From the NCBI GenBank assembly GCA_035476235.1, contig DATILQ010000257.1, positions 1 to 63,156 of the forward strand: 63,156 nt of DNA. The letters run 5' to 3'. Position 1 is the first letter of the stretch; each line of letters opens with the position of its first letter. The notes beneath the pieces are model-generated. The model was given only the letters and a program-made list of their open reading frames with translations. It searched no databases and was not told where the DNA came from. The translations under genes and the position numbers were made by a program. This DNA is from Burkholderiales bacterium (GTDB lineage Bacteria > Pseudomonadota > Gammaproteobacteria > Burkholderiales > SG8-39). This document shows positions 18,947-28,755 of the stretch, piece by piece.

Positions 18947-19480
18947 ATGCAGACCCGCCCCATCGCCATCGCCGCCGCCGTCATGGCGGTCTTTCTCGCC
19001 TCATGCGCCAGTGAACCGACCGTTGATCAATCGGCGGGTGCATCGTCGCCGCAAGCCCGCGCCGCCGAAAGCAGTCCCGCGCCGCAGGCCGCACCCGCGG
19101 CTCAGCAGGCAATGCGCCCGGCCGCAACCACTGCCGCCGAGCTGTCGAAGCGCAGCGTTTACTACGACTTCGATCGCTACGACGTAAAGGACGAATACCG
19201 CGCGCTGGTGGAAGCGAACGCGCGCTACCTGCGCGAGCATCCCCAGGCGCAGATCGCGGTTCAGGGTAACGCCGACGAGCGCGGCAGCCGCGAATACAAC
19301 CTGGCTCTCGGCCAGCGGCGCTCCGAAGGCGTCAAGAAGATGCTGACCCTGCTCGGCGTCGCCGAGCGGCAGGTCGAGGCCACCAGCTTCGGCGAGGAAA
19401 AGCCGAGAGCCGTGGGTCACGACGAGGCGTCATGGGCGCAGAACCGGCGCAGCGACATCGTCTACGAGCGAGCCAACTAG
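18947..19480 (+). CDS. OmpA-family peptidoglycan-associated lipoprotein (Pal-like)
   Basis: It has the lipobox FLASC, a Pro/Ala-rich linker, and the OmpA_C core YYDFD...GNADERGS.EYN.ALGQRR...NRR. Confidence 0.85.
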   Translation: MQTRPIAIAAAVMAVFLASCASEPTVDQSAGASSPQARAAESSPAPQAAPAAQQAMRPAATTAAELSKRSVYYDFDRYDVKDEYRALVEANARYLREHPQAQIAVQGNADERGSREYNLALGQRRSEGVKKMLTLLGVAERQVEATSFGEEKPRAVGHDEASWAQNRRSDIVYERAN

Positions 19481-19494
19481 CCGCCGTCGCCGGC

Positions 19495-20898
19495 CTAATC
19501 CAGCGCCTTGACCATGTCCTCGACGACCTTCTTCGCGTCGCCGAACACCATCATGGTCTTCTCCATGTAGAAAAGCGGGTTGTCGAGCCCGGCGTAGCCG
19601 GTGGCCATGCTGCGCTTGTTGACGATGACGGTGCGCGCCTTGGCGACGTCGAGGATCGGCATGCCGTAGATCGGGCTGCCTTTCTCGTACGCGAGCGGGT
19701 TCACGACGTCGTTCGCGCCGAGCACCAGCGCCACGTCGGTGTCGGGAAACTCGCTGTTGATGTCCTCCATCTCGAACACCAGGTCGTACGGGACTTCGGC
19801 TTCGGCGAGGAGCACGTTCATGTGCCCGGGCATGCGCCCGGCCACCGGGTGCACGGCGTAGCGCACGCCGACCCCTTTTGCCTGGAGCTTTTGCGCCAGC
19901 TCCTTGACCGCATGCTGCGCGCGCGCGACCGCGAGGCCGTACCCGGGGACGATGATCACGCTCCCGGCATTGGCGAGGAGGAAAGCGGCGTCCTCCGGCG
20001 AGCCCGAGCGCACCGTCTTCTGCCCGGCGTCGGTCGCCGCGGCGCCCTCGGCGGCACCGAAGCCGCCCAGGATCACCGAGATGAACGAGCGGTTCATCGC
20101 CCGGCACATGATGTAGGACAGGATCGCGCCCGAGGAGCCGACGAGCGAGCCGGCGATGATGAGCATGGCGTTGTTGAGCGAGAAACCGATGCCGGCGGCC
20201 GCCCAGCCCGAGTAGCTGTTCAGCATCGAGATCACCACCGGCATGTCGGCGCCGCCGATCGGGATGATGATCAGCACGCCGAGCGCGAAGGCGATCGCCG
20301 CCATCGCCAGGAACGGCGTCCAGAGCTTGTCGTCGGCGAGGAAAAACGCGGCGCCGCAGCCGATCATGACCAGCCCCAGAATGAGGTTCAGCCAGTGCTG
20401 GCCCGGGAATACCACCGGGGCCGACGAGAACAGGCGGAATGTCTTGCCCAGGCCCGCCAGCTTGCCGAACGCGATCACCGATCCGGAGAACGTGATCGCG
20501 CCGACGAAGCTGCCGATGAACAGCTCGAGCTTGTTGCCCCTGGGCAGGGGATCGGGCACGCCGAAGGCGCTCGGGTGGTCCACGGCGGCGACGGCGATCA
20601 GCACCGCCGCCATGCCGACCAGCGAGTGCATCGCGGCGACCAGCTCCGGCATCTGCGTCATCTGCACGCGGCGCGCGACGATGGCGCCGATCGTGCCGCC
20701 GATCAGCATGGCGATCAGGATCAGATCGACACGGCCGCGCGCGACGACGGCGATGGTGGTCAGCAGCGCGATGGCCATTCCCGCCATGCCGAAATAATTG
20801 CCGCGGCGCGCCGTGGTCGGCGAGGACAGCCCTTTCAGCGCCAGGATGAAGCAGATCGAGGCGACCAGGTACCACAGCGTGAGCTGGTTGGCGCTCAT
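19495..20898 (-). CDS. pntB: NAD(P) transhydrogenase subunit beta
   Basis: It has an N-terminal multi-TM domain and a C-terminal dIII domain ([12 protein letters not shown]...[14 protein letters not shown]). Confidence 0.92.
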   Translation of the reverse strand: MSANQLTLWYLVASICFILALKGLSSPTTARRGNYFGMAGMAIALLTTIAVVARGRVDLILIAMLIGGTIGAIVARRVQMTQMPELVAAMHSLVGMAAVLIAVAAVDHPSAFGVPDPLPRGNKLELFIGSFVGAITFSGSVIAFGKLAGLGKTFRLFSSAPVVFPGQHWLNLILGLVMIGCGAAFFLADDKLWTPFLAMAAIAFALGVLIIIPIGGADMPVVISMLNSYSGWAAAGIGFSLNNAMLIIAGSLVGSSGAILSYIMCRAMNRSFISVILGGFGAAEGAAATDAGQKTVRSGSPEDAAFLLANAGSVIIVPGYGLAVARAQHAVKELAQKLQAKGVGVRYAVHPVAGRMPGHMNVLLAEAEVPYDLVFEMEDINSEFPDTDVALVLGANDVVNPLAYEKGSPIYGMPILDVAKARTVIVNKRSMATGYAGLDNPLFYMEKTMMVFGDAKKVVEDMVKALD

Positions 20899-21191
20899 TT
20901 CTGCTTTTTCCTGAACATCTGCAGCATGCGCTGCGTCACGAGGAAGCCGCCGGCGACGTTCACCGAGGCGAGCGCCACCGCGATCACGCCGAGCACCGAG
21001 CCGAAGTCGACCTCGGCGGGCGCGGCGGCGAGGATGGCGCCGACGATGATCACGCTCGAAATGGCGTTGGTGACGCTCATCAGCGGCGTGTGCAGCGCCG
21101 GGGTCACGTTCCAGATGACGTGGTAGCCGACGAACACGGCGAGCACGAACACCACGAGGTTGATGACGGTGGGATCTACGGGTCCGCCCAT
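20895..21191 (-). CDS. pntAB: NAD(P) transhydrogenase subunit alpha part 2 (membrane)
   Basis: It is 98 aa with 3 TM helices and the motif [14 protein letters not shown]. It overlaps pntB by ATGA. Confidence 0.85.
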   Translation of the reverse strand: MGGPVDPTVINLVVFVLAVFVGYHVIWNVTPALHTPLMSVTNAISSVIIVGAILAAAPAEVDFGSVLGVIAVALASVNVAGGFLVTQRMLQMFRKKQK

Positions 21192-21193
21192 GG

Positions 21194-22315
21194 TCAGCCT
21201 TTCCTGAGCACTTCGCCCTGCGTGCAGACCAGCGTGCCGGCGATGATCTCGTCGCCGCGGTCCAGCTTGAACTCGCCGCTCTTCGGGTCGAGCATCAGGA
21301 CCAGGAAGTTGTAGAGGTTGCGCGCGTACAAGGCGGAGGCGTCGGTGGCCACGCTGGCCGGCAGGTTTTCCAGCCCGATCAGCTTGACGCCGTGCTTCAC
21401 CACCGTCGCGCCGCGCTCGATGCCCTCGACGTTGCCGCCCTGCTCGACCGCGAGATCGACGATGACCGCGCCGGGTCTCATCGCCTTGACGGTGTCTTCC
21501 TGGATGAGCCTCGGTGCCGGCCTGCCGGGGATCAGCGCAGTCGTGATCACGACGTCCGCCTGCAACGCCCGCTGGTGCACCAGCTCCGCCTGGCGGCGCA
21601 TCCAGCCGGCGGGCATCGCTCGCGCGTAGCCGCCGACTCCCTGCGCGATTTCGCGCTCCTCGTCGGTCTCATACGGCACGTCGAGGAACTTCGCGCCCAG
21701 CGATTCAACCTGTTCCTTGACCGCCGGCCGCACGTCGGAGGCTTCGATCATCGCCCCAAGACGCTTGGCCGTCGCGATCGCCTGCAGCCCCGCCACGCCG
21801 GCCCCCAGGATCAGCACGCGCGAGGCCTTCACCGTCCCGGCAGCGGTCATCAGCATCGGGAAAAAGCGCCCGCTCTCCGCCGCGGCGAGAACGACCGCCT
21901 TGTAGCCGGCGATGTTCGCTTGCGAGGACAGCACGTCCATCGATTGCGCGCGCGAAATGCGCGGCAGCCACTCCATCGCGAATGCGGTAACGCCGCGCCT
22001 GGCCAGCGCCTCGATGCCGGCAGCGTTGAACGGATCGAGCAGGCCGACCAGGATGGAATTGCTTTTCAATAAATCCAATTCAGCGTCGGTGGGCGCGCGC
22101 ACTTTCAGCACGATCTCGGCGTCATACGCTTCCGCCGCCGAGCCGACCAGCTTGGCGCCCGCCGCAGCGAAGTCCGAGTCGCGGATGCTCGATCCCGCGC
22201 CGGCCCCCGCCTGGATGCGCACCTCGTTCTTCGCCGCCAGCCGCTTCACCGTATCCGGCGTAGCGGCAACGCGCGTCTCGCCCGCGCGCGCTTCGGCGGG
22301 CACGCCGATTTTCAT
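21194..22315 (-). CDS. pntAA: NAD(P) transhydrogenase subunit alpha part 1 (dI, NAD(H)-binding)
   Basis: It begins MKIGVPAE...ETRVAATP and has a Rossmann motif ([20 protein letters not shown]). The start is at ATG 22315. The longer track ORF is an artefact. Confidence 0.9.
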   Translation of the reverse strand: MKIGVPAEARAGETRVAATPDTVKRLAAKNEVRIQAGAGAGSSIRDSDFAAAGAKLVGSAAEAYDAEIVLKVRAPTDAELDLLKSNSILVGLLDPFNAAGIEALARRGVTAFAMEWLPRISRAQSMDVLSSQANIAGYKAVVLAAAESGRFFPMLMTAAGTVKASRVLILGAGVAGLQAIATAKRLGAMIEASDVRPAVKEQVESLGAKFLDVPYETDEEREIAQGVGGYARAMPAGWMRRQAELVHQRALQADVVITTALIPGRPAPRLIQEDTVKAMRPGAVIVDLAVEQGGNVEGIERGATVVKHGVKLIGLENLPASVATDASALYARNLYNFLVLMLDPKSGEFKLDRGDEIIAGTLVCTQGEVLRKG

Positions 22316-22347
22316 GAACGCTTCTCCCCTGGAGGTGGGGCGGAATT

Positions 22348-23790
22348 TTACCGCGGCCTGCGCGCGAGGGAACGCTCGGCGAGCTCGAATCCCGCATGCA
22401 CGGCAAGAGCGAGCGCCGCCGCCGGCAGCGCACCGGCGAGGAGCACGGTGTGGTCGTTCAGCGCCAGGCCCTGCGCGATGCGCTCGCCGAACCCGCCGGC
22501 GCCGATGAAGGCGGCGATCGTCGCGGTACCGACGTTGATCACCGCCGAGGTCTTGACCCCCGCCATGATGGTTTCGCGCGCAAGCGGAAGCTCTATCCTG
22601 TAAAGAATATCCCTTGACGACAGGCCGAGCGCCGTCCCCGCCTGGAGCAGCCCGCGCGGCACTTGCGCGAGCCCGGCGTGCGTGTTGCGCGTGATCGGCA
22701 GAAGCGCATACAGGAACAACGCGACCAGGGCGGGCCACAGCCCGATCCTGCCGGTGAGCGGAATCAGGAACGCGAGCAGGGCAAGCGACGGGATCGTCTG
22801 CACCAGTCCGGTCAGCGCGAGCACCGGCTGCGCGAGCCAGCCGACCTTCGCGGCCAGCACGCCGAGCGGAACGCCGATCAGCGCGGCGACCGCGAGCGAG
22901 CCGAACACCAGACCGAGATGCTCGGCGAGCAGGCGCCCGGAGTCCGGCGCGAACAGGGCGGCGAGCAGGGTCCGTTTCGATGCCGGCCCGGCGCCAAGGT
23001 ATTCGCGCGCCACGTCGGCAAAGGGAACCTTGTCCAGCTCGGCGCGCGCGTTGAGCCGCACCATGGTCCGGCTGTCGATGCTGTTCTGCAGCCGCGCGAA
23101 TGCGGCGAACGCCTGGGGATAGCGACGCGGCGCATCGGCGCGATGCAGCAGCACCGCAGCGTAGGCCGGAAAGTAGTGGCGATCATCGGCCAGCACGACG
23201 ATGCGGTAGCGCTCGATCTTGGCGTCGGTCGAGTAAAGATCCATGACGTCGATCTCGCCGGCGGCGAGCGCCTCGTAGGCAAGGCCGTGGTCCAGGCCGC
23301 GCGGCTGCTGCGGCAGGCCATACGCCGCCTGCAGTCCCGGCCAGCCATCGCGGCGCCCGAGGAATTCATGGGAAAACCCCAAACGCAGGTCCGGCAATCG
23401 CGCGAGATCGGAAATTGCCCGCAAGTAGCGCCGCGTGCCGAGCGCATAGCTGTTGCTGAACCCCAACGGCGTGGACGCGGCCAAGCCGAGCGCGGCAAGC
23501 CGGCGATTGATCTCGCCGAGCTGCAGGCTTTCTTCGGTGCGCAGGATCTCATTGGCGATCGTGCCGGTGTACTCCGGGTAGACATCGACCGAGTCATTTT
23601 TCAGCGCCGCGACGAGGATCGCCGTGTTGCCGAGCCCCGCCTTGTGCCGCCCCTGCGCGGCTTGCGCCAGGATCTCGCCGAGGATGTACGACTCGGTAAA
23701 GCGCTTCGAGCCGACGCGGATCGGCTCCTGCGCCTGGACGGCGCAGGCGACAACCAGCAGGAAAAGGGCGCCTACGCGGCGCGTTCCCAT
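22348..23790 (-). CDS. ABC importer fusion protein: N-terminal OpuBC/ProX-type (glycine betaine/choline-like) substrate-binding domain plus a C-terminal permease domain
   Basis: A signal peptide is followed by an SBP of about 275 aa (PIRVGSKRFTESYILGEIL...VDVYPEYTG). A 5-TM permease with an EAA-loop-like sequence (GLSSRDILYRIELPLARETIMAGV) follows. Confidence 0.8.
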   Translation of the reverse strand: MGTRRVGALFLLVVACAVQAQEPIRVGSKRFTESYILGEILAQAAQGRHKAGLGNTAILVAALKNDSVDVYPEYTGTIANEILRTEESLQLGEINRRLAALGLAASTPLGFSNSYALGTRRYLRAISDLARLPDLRLGFSHEFLGRRDGWPGLQAAYGLPQQPRGLDHGLAYEALAAGEIDVMDLYSTDAKIERYRIVVLADDRHYFPAYAAVLLHRADAPRRYPQAFAAFARLQNSIDSRTMVRLNARAELDKVPFADVAREYLGAGPASKRTLLAALFAPDSGRLLAEHLGLVFGSLAVAALIGVPLGVLAAKVGWLAQPVLALTGLVQTIPSLALLAFLIPLTGRIGLWPALVALFLYALLPITRNTHAGLAQVPRGLLQAGTALGLSSRDILYRIELPLARETIMAGVKTSAVINVGTATIAAFIGAGGFGERIAQGLALNDHTVLLAGALPAAALALAVHAGFELAERSLARRPR

Positions 23791-25535
23791 TTACCGCCAG
23801 TAGTGAGGAACTGCAGCCGCGCGAGGCTGGCATACAAGCCGTCCTGGCGAACCAGCTCCGCATGCGTACCTTGCGCGACGATCGCGCCACGATCCATGAC
23901 CACGATGCGGTCGGCATGCTGCACCGTCGCGAGGCGATGCGCGATGGCGAGCGTAGTGCGGCCGCTCTCGAGCGCGGCGAGCGCCTGCTGCACCATGCGC
24001 TCGCTCGCGGCGTCGAGCGAGCTGGTCGCCTCGTCGAGCAGCAAGATCGGCCGGTCGGCAAGCAGCGCGCGGGCGATGGATAGCCGCTGCCGCTGGCCGC
24101 CGGACAGCGTCACGCCGCGCTCGCCGAGCGCGGTATCGATTCCCTGCGGCAGACGGTCGACGAATTCGAGCGCGAAGGCCTTGGCGCACGCCGCGATGAC
24201 TTCATCGCGGCTCGCCTCGGGCCGCCCGTAGCGCACGTTGTCGAGCACGCTCGCGGCGAAGATCACCGGCTCCTGCGGCACGACGGCGATGAGGCGGCGC
24301 AGTGCGCGCGGCTCCATCTTCCGAACATCCGTGCCGTCGATGCGCACCGCCCCTTGCTGCGGATCGTAGAAGCGCAGGAGCAGCGCGAACACCGTCGATT
24401 TTCCGGCGCCCGACGGTCCGACCAGCGCCAGACGTTCGCCGGGCGCGACACGCAGCGAGAAACGCTCCAGGGCAGCGGCTGCGGGGCGGGCGGGATAGGC
24501 AAAGCGGACGTGGTCGAATTCCACATCGCCCGCGGTGCGCTGCACGTGAACGGCCGGCACCGGCGGCGCGACGATTTGCGGACGCGTCTCGAGCAGCTCG
24601 ATCAACCGCTCGGCGGCGCCGGCGGCGCGCTGCAGCTCGCCCCAGACTTCGGACACCGTCCCGGCCCCGCTCGCCACCACGGACGCATAGAACACGAACG
24701 CCGAGAGCTCCCCGGCGGTGAGTCGCCCGCTCAGCACGTCATGCCCGCCGATCCAGAGGACGATGCCGACCGCGCAGAAGGCGATGAGCATGACGGAAGA
24801 GATCAGCCAGGCCTTCTGCCGGATGCGGGCCACGCCCACGCCGTACGCGGCCTCGGCATGGCGCGCAAAATTTTCGCGATCGCCTTCCTCGTGAGCATAC
24901 GCCTGCACGGTGCGAATCTCGTGCACCGCCTCGTCGACATAGGCGGAAACGTCGGCCACCCGGTCCTGGCTGCTGCGCGACAGCCGCCGCACGCGTCGGC
25001 CAAGCAGCAGGATCGGAACGAGGGTCGCCGGCACGCCGAGGAGCACCAGCAGGGCCAGCTTCCAGCTGGTGACGAAAAGCATCACCGCGGCACCCGCCAT
25101 CATCAGGAGGTTGCGGACGAACATCGACAAGCCGTAGCCGATCACCTGCTGCAGCTGCGTGGTGTCGTTGGTCAGGCGCGAAATCACCTCGCCGGTGCGG
25201 GTCGCCTCGAAGAATGCCGGCTCGAGGCCCAGAATGTGGTCGAACACCGCGCGGCGCACGTCGGTGATGACCCGCTCGCCGGTCGACATCATGAGATAGA
25301 AGCGAAACCAGGTCGCGACGGCCAGCGCGGCCGCTACGACGATCATGGCGGCGAGCGCCTGGTCGAGAAGGCGCGGATCGCCGCTGCCGAAGCCGTTGTC
25401 GACCACGTGCTTCACGCCCTGGCCGAGCGCGAGCACGCAGCCCGCGGCGACGACCAGAGCCGCCGCCGCCGCGGCAATGCGCGCGCGATACGGCATCAGG
25501 AAGCGCGCCAGACCCGGCCCGGTCGAGGCGCTCAT
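23772..25535 (-). CDS. ABC exporter-type half transporter (fused 6-TM domain and NBD, ABCB/MsbA-like)
   Basis: The TMD is followed by Walker A (GPSGAGKST), the signature LSGGQRQRLSIARAL, and Walker B (ILLLDEATSSLD). Confidence 0.88.
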   Translation of the reverse strand: MSASTGPGLARFLMPYRARIAAAAAALVVAAGCVLALGQGVKHVVDNGFGSGDPRLLDQALAAMIVVAAALAVATWFRFYLMMSTGERVITDVRRAVFDHILGLEPAFFEATRTGEVISRLTNDTTQLQQVIGYGLSMFVRNLLMMAGAAVMLFVTSWKLALLVLLGVPATLVPILLLGRRVRRLSRSSQDRVADVSAYVDEAVHEIRTVQAYAHEEGDRENFARHAEAAYGVGVARIRQKAWLISSVMLIAFCAVGIVLWIGGHDVLSGRLTAGELSAFVFYASVVASGAGTVSEVWGELQRAAGAAERLIELLETRPQIVAPPVPAVHVQRTAGDVEFDHVRFAYPARPAAAALERFSLRVAPGERLALVGPSGAGKSTVFALLLRFYDPQQGAVRIDGTDVRKMEPRALRRLIAVVPQEPVIFAASVLDNVRYGRPEASRDEVIAACAKAFALEFVDRLPQGIDTALGERGVTLSGGQRQRLSIARALLADRPILLLDEATSSLDAASERMVQQALAALESGRTTLAIAHRLATVQHADRIVVMDRGAIVAQGTHAELVRQDGLYASLARLQFLTTGGKWERAA

Positions 25536-26701
25536 CGGCCGTAAAAGCGGTACTGGTTGCGGCCCAGCTGCTTGGCGCGATACATCGCGGCGTCGGCGTT
25601 GCGCAGCAGCGCATCGCCGTCGCCGGCATCGGCCGGGTAGAGCGAAATGCCGATGCTCGCGCCCAGGGTAAGCGTGCGGCCGTCGACGCGGAACTCGGCC
25701 GCCAGCGCGCGCAGGATCTTGTCGGCGACCATCTGGCAGTCGGCCTCGGCGTTCACCTCGGAGATCACCACCACGAACTCGTCGCCACCGTGCCGCGCCA
25801 GCGTATCGGCCCTGCGCACGCAGGCGGCAAGGCGCTGCGCGACCTCCTTGAGCACGGCGTCGCCCGCGCGGTGCCCGAACAAATCGTTCACCTGCTTGAA
25901 ATTGTCCAGGTCGATGAGCATCGCCGCCACCTTGCGGTCGCGGCGCTGCGCGAGGTGCACGGCCTGCTTGAGACGATCATCGAGCAGGCGCCGGTTGGGC
26001 AGCCCGGTGAGCGAATCGTGATAGGCGAGGAAGCGCACCGCGTCTTCGCGGCGCTTGCGCGCCGTGACGTCCTGCGAGACGCCGACCATGCGGTAGACCT
26101 TGCCGGCCGGGTCAAACATCGGCACGCCCCGCACGCCGAACCAGACAAGGCGCCCGTCGGCGGTAGCGATGCGGTACTCGATGTCGAAGGGCACGCCGCG
26201 CGCCACCGCCCCCCGTCCGGTGGCGAGGTATCGCTCGCGATCGTCGGGGTGGACCATCTGGGCGTATTCGCTCCACGTCTGCGCGGTGCCGCCGGCCGGC
26301 TCGGGCAGCCCTTCCGGATTGCGGCTCCAGTGCATCCGGTCGGTCGCCGCATCCCACTCCCAGTAGTACAGGTCGGCCGCATCGACCGCCAGGCGCAGCT
26401 TCTTGATTTCCTCCGTCACGTCCGCGAACGCCACGAGCGTGCAATTCTGCGCCGCGCGGCTTGACAGCCGGCACCAGAGCCGGGAACCGTCCTTGCGGCG
26501 CAGCTCGACTTCGCCTTCGAGCGCGTCGCTGTCCGCCAGGGCAGCGAACGGCTTCCCGGCGAGCTCGCCGCTCGCATAGCCCAGCATCTGCTCGAGCGTG
26601 CGGTTGCAGCGCGCAATGCTGCCCCGCTCGACCAAAGCGATGCCGACCGGCAGCAGATCGAACAGCGATTCTTCCTCGGCCAGCAATCCGGCGTCGGTCA
26701 A
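25532..26701 (-). CDS. PAS-PAS-GGDEF diguanylate cyclase (RxxD I-site present)
   Basis: The active site is RHGGDEFVV, with RRAD 5 residues upstream. Two PAS modules are present. A TTG at 26701 overlaps the upstream TGA (TTGA); the 26821 track start would overlap the Mo-enzyme by 124 nt. Confidence 0.8.
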   Translation of the reverse strand: MTDAGLLAEEESLFDLLPVGIALVERGSIARCNRTLEQMLGYASGELAGKPFAALADSDALEGEVELRRKDGSRLWCRLSSRAAQNCTLVAFADVTEEIKKLRLAVDAADLYYWEWDAATDRMHWSRNPEGLPEPAGGTAQTWSEYAQMVHPDDRERYLATGRGAVARGVPFDIEYRIATADGRLVWFGVRGVPMFDPAGKVYRMVGVSQDVTARKRREDAVRFLAYHDSLTGLPNRRLLDDRLKQAVHLAQRRDRKVAAMLIDLDNFKQVNDLFGHRAGDAVLKEVAQRLAACVRRADTLARHGGDEFVVVISEVNAEADCQMVADKILRALAAEFRVDGRTLTLGASIGISLYPADAGDGDALLRNADAAMYRAKQLGRNQYRFYGR

Positions 26702-28755
26702 GCGACTTTCTGTACTTCGACCAGGCAGTCGTAGAAGGTCGCGCCGCCGCCGAGGTCGGTAGTGCGTTGCGAAGTCACGTTGTTGGCGTTGCCGCCGTCG
26801 CGCGAATATTTTTTCCACCACACCGACGGCGCGACCACCACGCCGGGACGCGGCTTGCCGTTGACGCGCGCCCGCAGCGTATAGCCGCCGCGGTCGTTGA
26901 AGATACGCACCAGATCGCCGTCGCGGATGCCTCTGCGCTCAGCGTCGCTGCGATGCATGTCGAGATGCGGCTCGCGCTCGAACTCCCGGAACCGCGCCAG
27001 GTTGGCGAACGAGGAATTGAGGAAATGCCGCGCGGGCGGCGAGATGAAGGCGAGCGGGTACTTGCGCGCGAGCTCCGTGTCGGCATCCGGCGCCTCGACG
27101 GGCGGGTTGTAGAACGGCAGCGGGTCGACGCCCTGCTTCTCCAGCCACTCGCTGTAGAACTCGCATTTGCCCGAAGCCGTCGGGAACCCGCCTGCGGCGA
27201 AGGGGGTGAAGCGCTCCGGCAGCTTGAGCTTTTGCCAGCCGGCTTTCTTGAGCGCGTCCCATTCGATGCCCCGCATGGCCGCTTTCGACGAGGCAAGCGC
27301 GGTGCGGCAGATGTCCTCGTCGGAGTCGCGGAAGCACGGCTCGTCGAAACCCATGCGCGCGGCGAGGCGGCGGAACACTTCCGAGTTCGGCAGCGACTCG
27401 CCCACCGGCGCGATCGCCGGGTTGTTGGCGAGAACGTAAAGGTGGCCATAGGACTTGTGCACGTCGTAATGCTCGAGCTGCGTGGTCGCGGGCAGGACGA
27501 TGTCGGCGTAGTCGGCGGTATCGGTCTGGAAATGGTCCATCACGACGGTGAACAGGTCATCGCGCGAGAAGCCGGCGATGACCTTGTCCGACTCGGGGCA
27601 CACCGCGACGGGGTTGTTGTTGTAGACGATCATGGCGCGCACCGGCGGCTGCGCCGTGGTCAGCGCGTCGCCGAGCTGCGACTGGTTGATGACGCGCGGG
27701 CGCCTTCCGGCGAGCAGGTCGGCGCGCTCGAGGGCAGCGTGATCGAAGCCGTAGAAATCGGCCGTGCTGAGGACGATGCCGCCCGCTGCGTCGCGCCAGG
27801 CGCCGACCAGCGCCGGCAGGCAGGCAATGGTGCGCGCCGCAATGCCACCGCCGGCGTGGCGCTGCATGCCGTAATTGAGGCGGATCGCCGCCGGCCGGAT
27901 GCTGCCGTACTCGCGCGCAAGCTGCACGACCTCCTCGCGCGTGATGCCGCAGGTTTGCGCCGCCCACTCGGGCGTGTAGCGCTTGACGCGTTGCGCCAAA
28001 GGCTCGAAGCCGACGCTGTGCCTGGCGATGTAGTCACGGTCGAGCATTCCCTCCGCGATCAGCACGTGCATCACCCCGAGCGCCAGCGCGCCGTCGGTGC
28101 CCGGGAGCAGGGCGATGTGCTGGCTGCACTTCTCCGCAGACAGGCTGCGGTAGGGATCGATGGCGATCACTTTCGCGCCGCGGCGCTTCGCCTCCTGCAC
28201 GCGCGACCAAAGGTGCAGGTTGGAAACGATCGGGTTCGCGCCCCACAGCACAATCAGCTTCGATTCGTCGAAGCGCTCAGGGTCCATGCCGACCGAGCCG
28301 CCGAGGGTCGCCTTAAGGCCGAACTTGCCCGCGGTCGAGCAAAGCGTGCGATCGAGGAGCGACGCGCCGAGCTTGTGGAAAAAGCGCCGGTCCATCGAGC
28401 TGTACTGGACCATCCCCATGGTGCCGGCGTAGCTGCAGGGCAGAATGGTCTCGGGATTCTCCGCGGCAAGGGCCTTCAGCCGCGCCGCGATCTCATCAAG
28501 CGCCGCGTCCCAGGTGATTCTTTCGAACTGCCCCTTGCCCTTCGGCCCGACCCGGCGCATCGGGTAAAGCAGTCGATCCGGAGAGTAAGTCCGCTCCAGG
28601 TAGTACGCGACTTTCGTGCACAGCGTGCCATCGGTGAACGGCATGGACGGATCGCCCTGGATCTTGGTGGCGACGCCGTCCTCCACCGTCACCAGCATGC
28701 CGCAGGTATCCGGACAGTCGTGAGGACAGGCAGCGCGTACGATCTCGGCGCTCAT
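26698..28755 (-). CDS. Molybdopterin (bis-MGD) oxidoreductase family protein, cytoplasmic (no Tat signal)
   Basis: It has an N-terminal CPHDCPDTC...C Fe-S cluster motif. The size of 685 aa and the overall composition fit the DMSO-reductase superfamily. Its ATG overlaps the glcF stop (ATGA). Confidence 0.8.
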   Translation of the reverse strand: MSAEIVRAACPHDCPDTCGMLVTVEDGVATKIQGDPSMPFTDGTLCTKVAYYLERTYSPDRLLYPMRRVGPKGKGQFERITWDAALDEIAARLKALAAENPETILPCSYAGTMGMVQYSSMDRRFFHKLGASLLDRTLCSTAGKFGLKATLGGSVGMDPERFDESKLIVLWGANPIVSNLHLWSRVQEAKRRGAKVIAIDPYRSLSAEKCSQHIALLPGTDGALALGVMHVLIAEGMLDRDYIARHSVGFEPLAQRVKRYTPEWAAQTCGITREEVVQLAREYGSIRPAAIRLNYGMQRHAGGGIAARTIACLPALVGAWRDAAGGIVLSTADFYGFDHAALERADLLAGRRPRVINQSQLGDALTTAQPPVRAMIVYNNNPVAVCPESDKVIAGFSRDDLFTVVMDHFQTDTADYADIVLPATTQLEHYDVHKSYGHLYVLANNPAIAPVGESLPNSEVFRRLAARMGFDEPCFRDSDEDICRTALASSKAAMRGIEWDALKKAGWQKLKLPERFTPFAAGGFPTASGKCEFYSEWLEKQGVDPLPFYNPPVEAPDADTELARKYPLAFISPPARHFLNSSFANLARFREFEREPHLDMHRSDAERRGIRDGDLVRIFNDRGGYTLRARVNGKPRPGVVVAPSVWWKKYSRDGGNANNVTSQRTTDLGGGATFYDCLVEVQKVA

